Assembly (NCBI GenBank): GCA_048882045.1 | Contig: JBHLRZ010000006.1 | Coordinates: 1 to 64,000 of the forward strand | Source of the DNA: Candidatus Thorarchaeota archaeon | Lineage (GTDB): Archaea > Asgardarchaeota > Thorarchaeia > Thorarchaeales > Thorarchaeaceae | Length of the DNA: 64,000 nt | Reading direction: 5' to 3' | In this document: one piece after another, positions 56,671 to 64,000 of the stretch | Layout of the letters: each line of letters opens with the position of its first letter | How positions within the stretch are numbered: position 1 is the first letter of the stretch | Notes under the pieces: model-generated | What the model was told of the DNA's origin: nothing | Database searches by the model: none | The model's input: only the letters and a program-made list of their open reading frames with translations | Translations under genes and position numbers: made by a program

Positions 56671-57329
56671 AGAATCACTGGCAGACCAAGTAAAATTTGC
56701 ATGATTACAATAGGGATTAGTGCACAGAGGAGTCCTTCTACCAAGTTTGACCTGAAACGAACAAGGGGAATAAGAAATCCAACTCTTTGTCGGTAGTCCT
56801 TCCACTCATCTCCAAATGTATTATCAAGATGAGCCTCTTCAATCCAAGCAATAGCAACATATGCGAAGAGCGTTGCATACCACAACACCAGGGTCTGGTC
56901 TGCAGAAAGCCAGCCCATGCCGAAAGTGTTTCTCAGGATCCAAACACTTGGATAAGTCATCATGGTTGTGAAGATGATAAGTGCAAAATATTGAGGATGA
57001 CGAACGAATCTATAGGGTCCTGTTGTTACGAGGCCCCCAGTTTTTGTTCGCCAGAGATGAATAACAGAGTATAGCAGCAGTACAAATCCCAACGCAGCAA
57101 CGATGAGAACGACCCAGTTTTCTAACCTTGTGTAATCAGGTAAGGTAGGGGGAGCAACTGAGATGTTACCGAACATTAGCATCAGGTAAACGATGAATGG
57201 TACAGTCATAAGACCGCTCCATGCAGCAAGTGGAGGTAAAGAAGACATCAGAGGTAATAGATAACCAACAATACCAGTAAGTTTCTGAACTATTCTGTCG
57301 CGAAGATTCTTGATCTCCATTATGGTCAC
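56667..57329 (-). CDS. Isoprenylcysteine carboxyl methyltransferase / PEMT-family membrane methyltransferase
   Basis: LVTTGPYRFVRHPQY, EEAHL...FG.EW..Y...V...IP. Confidence 0.85.
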   Translation of the reverse strand: MTIMEIKNLRDRIVQKLTGIVGYLLPLMSSLPPLAAWSGLMTVPFIVYLMLMFGNISVAPPTLPDYTRLENWVVLIVAALGFVLLLYSVIHLWRTKTGGLVTTGPYRFVRHPQYFALIIFTTMMTYPSVWILRNTFGMGWLSADQTLVLWYATLFAYVAIAWIEEAHLDNTFGDEWKDYRQRVGFLIPLVRFRSNLVEGLLCALIPIVIMQILLGLPVIL

Positions 57330-57420
57330 CTATCCACGATTTGAACATATATAGCTCCGTTGGAACGCTTATCTACTGTAACTTCCAAGCATGAATGTAG
57401 TATTTGACTGAGGGATAATT

Positions 57421-57990
57421 ATGCTACAAATGAGCAATGGTGAACCTGAAGCAGGACTTCCAGTCTGGAGATTAAATCAGATTCTTCTGATTCTTCAGGT
57501 CAGATTGGAATCCATAATGTATGACAAAAATAGAGAGTCAAAAATTCCAATCTCGTGGAGTGTTTTGCACATGCATACAACAACTCAACTGGCGAAACTA
57601 CTTGCCATTAAACGAGGATTTGATGTTGAGCTTGCTGCAATGATTGCTGCATTTCACGATGTCTATTCGTATCATACGGGCAAGTGGGAGAATCATGGAA
57701 AGTTGGCTAAGCCATATATTCATGAGATTGTCAACGAATACAATGAGGTGTGGGGGGATCAGCTTGGCATAATCACCGAAGAAGAGGTCAAACACATCGT
57801 CAAGGCAATAAAAGACCATTCTAACAAAGAGAAGGTTGTCAAAGACCGATATACTGAATTGCTGAAAGATGTCGATTGCTTTGACTCATATCTCCACGGA
57901 TTCGAACCAACGGGATTCCATCTTGAAAGAGTGTCGAGAGTATTTGAAGAGCTTGGGTTTTCCCAAGAAGAAAGTAGCTTCGTTCTATAG
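57421..57990 (+). CDS. HD-domain phosphohydrolase
   Basis: H...T..LA..LA..RG.D.ELA...A..HD, H, AI..HS.K, L.D.D. Confidence 0.85.
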   Translation: MLQMSNGEPEAGLPVWRLNQILLILQVRLESIMYDKNRESKIPISWSVLHMHTTTQLAKLLAIKRGFDVELAAMIAAFHDVYSYHTGKWENHGKLAKPYIHEIVNEYNEVWGDQLGIITEEEVKHIVKAIKDHSNKEKVVKDRYTELLKDVDCFDSYLHGFEPTGFHLERVSRVFEELGFSQEESSFVL

Positions 57991-58521
57991 TAGAAGCTCC
58001 ATTTGGGTGTGCTGTGTTTCTGGTTGTGCTTCACCCAAGTTATCCAGCGGCACTTCAATAAAACCAGCAGACTGGTATAGTTGAATTGCATATGGAAAAT
58101 GCTCTGAAGTATCAAGTCGAAGTTTCTTGAAACCGAATTCCTTTCCCTTTGAGATAAGCTGATGAAGTATCTCAGTGCCTACTCCTCTACCTCGATACGA
58201 TGATTGGAGGAACATTCGTGTAATTTCTCCAACACCGTGAAGAAATTCATGTATTGCTCCCATTCCTACTATTTTTCCTTGGTCCTCAATCAAGAGGATA
58301 ATACCAGAGGGAGGGTGGATTTTCACAAATTCTTCAAGGAAACTAGATACGTATCCCTCAATTGTATCTCCTAGAACTTTTTCAAAATCAAGATTCAATG
58401 CAGTCCGAAATCTATCAGCCACCCATGTAACATACTCTACATTCAATCGGTACAAATCGGACTCCTGAGCATCACGGTTGAACTCGATAATCTGCACCAA
58501 TTTAAGCCTCTCCAAAAACAA
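57985..58521 (-). CDS. GNAT acetyltransferase
   Basis: GEITRMFL..SYRGRGVG, LRLDT, AIQLY...GF; start uncertain. Confidence 0.85.
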   Translation of the reverse strand: MFLERLKLVQIIEFNRDAQESDLYRLNVEYVTWVADRFRTALNLDFEKVLGDTIEGYVSSFLEEFVKIHPPSGIILLIEDQGKIVGMGAIHEFLHGVGEITRMFLQSSYRGRGVGTEILHQLISKGKEFGFKKLRLDTSEHFPYAIQLYQSAGFIEVPLDNLGEAQPETQHTQMELLL

Positions 58522-58574
58522 CCTGATAACAATAGTTAAAATTCTTTCCGAGGTCGTTTGTCCGAGGGGTCATT

Positions 58575-60692
58575 ATGACTAGTACTGATAAGAAAAAGAA
58601 GAACCGATTATCGAAAGAGAAGAGTCCGTACCTCCTGCAGCATGAAGACAATCCAGTGGACTGGTACCCCTGGGGAGAGGAGGCATTCGACAAGGCAAAG
58701 AAGGAGGACAAACCAGTGTTTCTTTCGATAGGCTACAGTACTTGTCACTGGTGTCATGTGATGGCACATGAGTCGTTTGAAGACGATGAGGTTGCCATTT
58801 TAATGAATGAGGTGTTTGTCAACATAAAGGTTGACAGAGAGGAACGACCTGACATCGATGGCGTTTACATGGAGGTCGCCCAGATGATCACCGGTAGGGG
58901 CGGCTGGCCTCTTACCATAATCATGACTCCAGATAAACAACCATTCTTCGCTGGAACATACATCCCAAAAGAGAGCAGATACAGCAGTCTAGGGATGAAG
59001 GAACTCATCCCACGAATCAAGGAGATATGGGAGAGTGACCGGGACAACATCAATGAAACCACCAGTCGAATCAAGGACGCTCTTTCAGAAACAAGATATG
59101 CAGGAGAGAAGGAGGACCTATCATTAGACTCAGTTGACCTTGCTTTTTCCCATCTCTCTCAAAGATTTGATGAGAAACAGGGTGGGTTCGGGTCAGCGCC
59201 TAAGTTTCCATCACCTCACAACTTGATGTTAATACTCAGGTACTGGAAGAGGACAGGTGATGAGTGGGCTCTCTTCATGGTGGAGAAGACGCTCCAGGCA
59301 ATGAGGAACGGAGGAATCTTTGATCATATTGGTTTCGGATTCCATCGGTATTCCACCGATGAGAAATGGTTGCTACCACACTTCGAGAAAATGCTATACG
59401 ATCAAGCCAGTCTCATGATGGCTTATACTGAAGTATATCAAATCACGAAAAAACAGGAATACGCCGACATTGTCCGAGAGATCTTCGAATATGTGACTCG
59501 AGACTTGACAGGCCCCGAAGGAGCATTTTATTCAGCTGAAGACGCAGATTCAGAAGGGGAGGAAGGCAAGTTCTACACATGGACAAAGAGTGAGATAGAG
59601 GATATAATCAATGATAAGAATGAAGCTTCAATATTCATGCAGGCCTTCAATATCCATGAGGAAGGAAACTTCGAAGACGAAGCGACTCGAGAAATGAACG
59701 GGCTGAATATTCCTCACCTCAAAGAAAAGGCTGACTTAGATACAGACCTGGGGATAACTAGGGAAGAACTGAAACTACTGCTTGATAAAATCAAGACAAA
59801 CATGTTCGTCCGTAGAGAGATGCGAGTCAGACCTAGTCTTGATGACAAGATATTGACTGACTGGAATGGATTCATGATTGCTGCACTCTCCAAGGCTGGA
59901 GCCATACTAGGAGATGCAAAGTTCATAGAAACTTCAGAAAGAGCACTCAAGTTCATTCTTGATACTATGCTCGATGATGAACGTCGACTCTATCATAGAT
60001 ACAAGGATGGAGAGATAATCATCCAGGCATTTCTCGATGATTATGCGTATCTAGTCTGGGCACTCTTGGAAACTTATGAAGCCACTTTCAAGCCAGAGTA
60101 CTTAGAACAGGCAATAGACCTGACGTTAGACATGCTGGAACATTTCTGGGATGAAGAGGAAGGGGGTCTGTATTTCACTGGTACATATTCAGAGGATCTT
60201 CTAGTCAGAAAGAAGGACGTCTACGATGGGGCAATGCCTTCTGGAAATTCAGTGGCTGCTCTCAACCTGATACGCCTCGCTCGGTTCCTTGGTGATACAA
60301 AACTGGAAGAAAAGGCTGCTGAAACTGTACGAGCATTTTCAGGCATCGTTCCTCGAGCGTACTCAGGTTTCACTATGTTGTTGACCGCAGTGGAGTTCGC
60401 TTATGGCGACTCCTACGAAATTGTGATTGCTGGTAATCCTGATTCAGAAGACACACAGGAGATGATCAGAGCAGTCCGTGACCAATTCATACCCAATCGA
60501 GTCATTCTCCTGAAGGGAACAGAACACCAATCAAAAGAGGTGTCTCAGCTTGCTCCCTATACCAAATTCCATGATACTGTTGGAGGTAAGGCAACAGCAC
60601 ATGTCTGTATCGACTATAACTGTAAGCTTCCAACAAATGATGTAGCGCAACTACTGAAGCTCATCGGAGTTACTGAGATGGCTTCTTCTTGA
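58575..60692 (+). CDS. Thioredoxin-domain + six-hairpin glycosidase-like protein (YyaL/SPATA20 family)
   Basis: [67 protein letters not shown]. Confidence 0.93.
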   Translation: MTSTDKKKKNRLSKEKSPYLLQHEDNPVDWYPWGEEAFDKAKKEDKPVFLSIGYSTCHWCHVMAHESFEDDEVAILMNEVFVNIKVDREERPDIDGVYMEVAQMITGRGGWPLTIIMTPDKQPFFAGTYIPKESRYSSLGMKELIPRIKEIWESDRDNINETTSRIKDALSETRYAGEKEDLSLDSVDLAFSHLSQRFDEKQGGFGSAPKFPSPHNLMLILRYWKRTGDEWALFMVEKTLQAMRNGGIFDHIGFGFHRYSTDEKWLLPHFEKMLYDQASLMMAYTEVYQITKKQEYADIVREIFEYVTRDLTGPEGAFYSAEDADSEGEEGKFYTWTKSEIEDIINDKNEASIFMQAFNIHEEGNFEDEATREMNGLNIPHLKEKADLDTDLGITREELKLLLDKIKTNMFVRREMRVRPSLDDKILTDWNGFMIAALSKAGAILGDAKFIETSERALKFILDTMLDDERRLYHRYKDGEIIIQAFLDDYAYLVWALLETYEATFKPEYLEQAIDLTLDMLEHFWDEEEGGLYFTGTYSEDLLVRKKDVYDGAMPSGNSVAALNLIRLARFLGDTKLEEKAAETVRAFSGIVPRAYSGFTMLLTAVEFAYGDSYEIVIAGNPDSEDTQEMIRAVRDQFIPNRVILLKGTEHQSKEVSQLAPYTKFHDTVGGKATAHVCIDYNCKLPTNDVAQLLKLIGVTEMASS

Positions 60693-62154
60693 CCCACCAG
60701 AATGTCACAATCACAAGTGCTGCAACTCCAGCTCCAACGAAAGCGATTATAGGTCCATACACCTGCAGGATTCCACTTGGCCAAATTTGATCAAGTGCCT
60801 CTCCTGCCGCCTGCCATGAATCAGCAATGGTCAACAGCTTTTGACTGATGTCAGTCAGATCCGATTCGTAGGGTGATAATGAGGCATCAAGATCACCAGA
60901 GGCGTTGTAGGAATCTGCAATCCCTCGAAAAGTAGACGCAACATATCCATTTGCTTGTGTTAGATTTCCAGGATAGATGAGAGTTGAGTTGTCTGCGATT
61001 GCATCAAATGCTGGTAAGGCTGCCTCACCCGCTATGATGAAATCTGTGAGGTCAGTATCAGGCATCAGTGATGGGAGTGCATAGAGAGCTGTTCTGAATG
61101 AAAGATATTGTAGTGTTACCTGTGCCTCCACACCAAGACCGATGGTATAGAGAAGGGCTGCTTTGAATCTTACTTCGTCTTCAACTCCATCAAAGAGACT
61201 GAGGTATGATTTCAATCCTTCAGAAGTGAGACCTGTACTAAGCCCGCTGAATCCATTATACCCGAATTGACCAACATAGGCATTTACTGATGTTGGGAAG
61301 TAAATCGTTCCGACACCGAGTAGCTTGTCCCTGATCATTGGTCCCAGCTGACTGTCTATAGAAGCCACTGGTGTAGTGAGAGGCAAGAAAGTACTCGCAA
61401 TGTAGTAACGAGCTGACCAAGCATCAAGCAAGAGTGTATACGAGATTGTCGTGTAGTTCCCTCGACCATCTGAAGGATATCCATAGTTGTCCCCAAATGA
61501 CCCCACACCTGGATCTATGATAGTTGCTAGATTGGCTGTGTCATTGTATCCGACTACAAGAATTCCATGAGCACCACCAGTAAGTCCTTGATCACGAAGG
61601 TAATCGTAATCGGAGGAGGGTAGAAACATTGGATTGACACTGATCAGAAGGGGATATCCACTGTCAACTGTTTGGCGCATAAAGTCCATCGCATGAGTCT
61701 GCCCATCAATGAGTCCGATGTTAATTCCTTGACTGTCGTAGACTTGGACCATCTGTTCAAGATCAGGGATGTCGGTCCCCAGATATTGAGTATAGTTCAC
61801 TCCATAGAGGTTAGCAAGGAAGTGTGTTGGTTCTACCTGCGTAAGTAATGCTCCTGGGAAAACAAGAAACGTGTCATCGAACCGGAAATATGCGAATGAG
61901 AATCCTATTGTCGACAATGCAAAGACATCGTAGAGGTTGAGATCAACTCCTGCGTATTGCATAGCTATTGCGGTAGCGGCCCATGCGCAGAAACCATTGA
62001 TCTCCTGCCAAACATAGTCCCGAGGTTCCAGAAGAGCATCAGTGGATGATGTGATTGTAGGTTCATGTATAGTAACTCCTTGAACACTGATAGGAATTAA
62101 TAGAATCAAGAGGAGTGTGAGGACTGCAATAGAAGAGGAATTCAATCGGGACAT
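60670..62154 (-). CDS. Surface-anchored C39-like (papain-fold) cysteine peptidase
   Basis: Signal peptide, [10 protein letters not shown] (Q..C), [15 protein letters not shown]-terminal TM + KKK. Confidence 0.75.
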   Translation of the reverse strand: MSRLNSSSIAVLTLLLILLIPISVQGVTIHEPTITSSTDALLEPRDYVWQEINGFCAWAATAIAMQYAGVDLNLYDVFALSTIGFSFAYFRFDDTFLVFPGALLTQVEPTHFLANLYGVNYTQYLGTDIPDLEQMVQVYDSQGINIGLIDGQTHAMDFMRQTVDSGYPLLISVNPMFLPSSDYDYLRDQGLTGGAHGILVVGYNDTANLATIIDPGVGSFGDNYGYPSDGRGNYTTISYTLLLDAWSARYYIASTFLPLTTPVASIDSQLGPMIRDKLLGVGTIYFPTSVNAYVGQFGYNGFSGLSTGLTSEGLKSYLSLFDGVEDEVRFKAALLYTIGLGVEAQVTLQYLSFRTALYALPSLMPDTDLTDFIIAGEAALPAFDAIADNSTLIYPGNLTQANGYVASTFRGIADSYNASGDLDASLSPYESDLTDISQKLLTIADSWQAAGEALDQIWPSGILQVYGPIIAFVGAGVAALVIVTFWWVKKKPSQ

Positions 62155-62278
62155 ATCGAATTCAAATCGTAACCAAGCAATCATAAGGATGTCGATGAGG
62201 ACCTCATCTTCATCCTTAGGCTTGTAGAAAGAAACCTTATTGCACAGGTTTCTAGCATTACTTTATCTGGTGACTTGA

Positions 62279-62707
62279 GTGTCTGTCTTTGCACGAATAG
62301 CTGCAGTTGCATTGGCGTTAGTAGTGATTGGGATTGGAGTAGGATACTTCTTTTCGCCATTAATCCCCTCAAGTCCCACATCTGTTCTCATTCAAAATCC
62401 TGAGGAAGGAGTTTACAGATTCACGGGAACTTTGTCTGGTGACGATACTTATCTAATACACTCGTTCCATGTGAACACTAGCGCAACTAACATGCATGTC
62501 ACGCTAGATTGCGGGTTTAATGACTTTGATCTCTACCTTGCGCAAGGCTATACTCCTACATTATATGATTATGATTGGCGTGGATTTGATGTTGGAGGGG
62601 AGGACATTACAATTGATTTTCCCGTGAATGGCATCTGGCATGTCATGGTCAACTCATACACTGGAGCTGGAAACTACTTACTGAATATAGACATCACGTA
62701 CGGATAG
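62279..62707 (+). CDS. Membrane-anchored PPC (pre-peptidase C-terminal) domain protein
   Basis: N-terminal TM; DFDLYL..G..PT...YD.R......E.I....P..G.WHVMV.SY.G. Confidence 0.8.
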   Translation: MSVFARIAAVALALVVIGIGVGYFFSPLIPSSPTSVLIQNPEEGVYRFTGTLSGDDTYLIHSFHVNTSATNMHVTLDCGFNDFDLYLAQGYTPTLYDYDWRGFDVGGEDITIDFPVNGIWHVMVNSYTGAGNYLLNIDITYG

Positions 62708-62753
62708 AAAGAGCACTATTTATCAGGTGATTCTTGAGGGTTGCGAGTGACCA

Positions 62754-63545
62754 GTGATGACAAATCTGCGTAAGAAGATTCGCTGCTTTCTGTTTGATAT
62801 GGATGGCACTATTTACCTGGGAAACAAGTTGCTTCCAGGGGCAAAGATGTTCCTTAGAGAGCTCGAGATAAGGGATGTGCCATATTATTTCCTGACAAAC
62901 AATTCGTCACGGTCAAGAGCAGACTATGTTACGAAACTAGAACGGTTGGGACTAAACACTCCTGCTGAGAAAATATTTTCTTCAGGAGAAGCGACTGCGA
63001 CCTACTTGAAGAAAAAGGGAGGAGGTAGCCGTATCTTCCTGGTAGGAACACCCTCGCTTGAAAATGAATTTGAACAACACGGATTCCAACTTGTTCAGAA
63101 CAACCCGGATTATGTAGTGCTGGGATTTGACACGACACTCACCTACGAGAAACTCTGGAAGCTTTGTGATTTTGTCAGGAGAGATATTCCCTATATCGCT
63201 ACTCACCCAGACATCAATTGTCCTACTGAAACTGGATTCATGCCTGATATCGGTGCAATGATAGCTTTCGTTGAAACTTCAACAGGCCGAAAACCCGATG
63301 AGATTGTTGGGAAACCCAACCCTCCAATCATCGAAGCTATTTTGGAGAAGACAGTGTATAATGTAAATCAAATCGCAATGGTTGGAGACCGTCTCTATAC
63401 TGATATCGCCATGGGGAAAACAGGAATCACTACAATCCTAGTCTTAAGTGGGGAAACAAAGGAAAGTGACATAGAATCTGCGAATCAAAAACCAGACTAT
63501 GTTGTCAAGAATATCCAAGGTCTAAGAGAACTCTATTTTTCATAG
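62754..63545 (+). CDS. HAD-IIA family phosphatase (NagD-like)
   Basis: FDMDGTIY, LTNNSS, ATHPD..CP, GKP, VGDRLYTDI, VLSGET. Confidence 0.93.
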   Translation: MMTNLRKKIRCFLFDMDGTIYLGNKLLPGAKMFLRELEIRDVPYYFLTNNSSRSRADYVTKLERLGLNTPAEKIFSSGEATATYLKKKGGGSRIFLVGTPSLENEFEQHGFQLVQNNPDYVVLGFDTTLTYEKLWKLCDFVRRDIPYIATHPDINCPTETGFMPDIGAMIAFVETSTGRKPDEIVGKPNPPIIEAILEKTVYNVNQIAMVGDRLYTDIAMGKTGITTILVLSGETKESDIESANQKPDYVVKNIQGLRELYFS

Positions 63546-63655
63546 CAGAAATCAATCAAAAGACATGTCTATTTCACATCTGCGTTTAATGCTTTGAAGG
63601 CATAGAGTAACGTTTATGCGGTTGATGAGTAGAGAGGGCTCGGAGCGCTGTCTTG

Positions 63656-64000
63656 TTGAACTATCATCTAGTCCTGACCCGAAGGTGCAATCTCAACTGC
63701 CTGTACTGTCATGGCGGCGAGGAAACTGGACCAGATACAGAGATACAGTACTCGCTTGATGACTTGGAATCTTTCTTGGAGAAGGACAACAACGCTCAGC
63801 TCATGCTGTACGGTGGAGAGCCTACATTACGACCAAATCTCATTATCGAACTAATGGATCGTTTTCCTTCTACTCGTTTCATGCTTCAGACCAATGCGCT
63901 TCTCATGGACAAACTGCCAGAGGACTATGTCAAACGATTTCATTCCATCCTGGTTTCCATTGATGGGACTGAAGCAACCACTGACCGATATCGTTCACAG
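63656..64000 (+). CDS. Radical SAM protein (3'-truncated; not in ORF track)
   Basis: TTG start: MNYHLVLTRRCNLNCLYCHGG...LYGGEPTL...MLQTN...LVSIDG; open to the window end. Confidence 0.88.
   Translation, partial: MNYHLVLTRRCNLNCLYCHGGEETGPDTEIQYSLDDLESFLEKDNNAQLMLYGGEPTLRPNLIIELMDRFPSTRFMLQTNALLMDKLPEDYVKRFHSILVSIDGTEATTDRYRSQ

Noticed and set aside
195-63206. Many 60-170 aa ORFs in the track antisense to or nested within long genes (e.g. 4666..5055, 12517..12966, 18820..19266, 32338..32844)
   Set aside because: Shadow frames of well-supported genes, with Ser/Pro/Phe-rich composition and no motifs
1-64000. CRISPR arrays, rRNA, tRNA, IS/transposase or integrase genes
   Set aside because: No regularly spaced repeats, RNA-gene signatures or recombinase motifs found by eye; short RNAs could have been missed without a covariance search

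Overview
Gene-dense archaeal chromosomal DNA (~43% GC by eye, GGTGA/GGAGG-type SD sites, TATA-type promoters, TBP, type-2 IDI, ADP-forming acyl-CoA synthetase, archaeal ATP-dependent ligase). Gene content and style suggest an Asgard archaeon, most likely Thorarchaeia; this is inference, since no rRNA or ribosomal marker is present. About 60 CDS; no rRNA, tRNA, CRISPR array or transposase seen. Three loci stand out. (1) 37.0-44.9 kb: a three-gene operon with an 896-aa rod built of a degenerate ~65-aa helical repeat, a divergent tubulin/FtsZ-superfamily GTPase and a 355-aa helical protein. The GTPase mixes FtsZ-type loops with a eukaryotic-tubulin-like H11-H12 C-terminus. The operon lies head-to-head with a 7-blade WD40 + MIT/TPR-like + coiled-coil gene, next to a TPR gene. 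This is a candidate undescribed cytoskeletal system. (2) 13.9-16.35 kb: an arsenite-methyltransferase operon led by two unannotated Cys-containing microproteins, one a free copy of the ArsM N-terminus, and followed by a two-domain aspartic protease. It is divergent from a PadR regulator with a CCPPDCC head, and three copies of an 18-bp palindromic operator lie between them. (3) 16.35-17.0 kb: a mini-cassette of an unannotated ribbon-helix-helix gene, a Cys-rich small gene, three helically phased GTATAC boxes and a structured GC-rich element. The rest is housekeeping, metabolic and cell-surface genes. All family calls come from motif recognition by eye; no database was searched.
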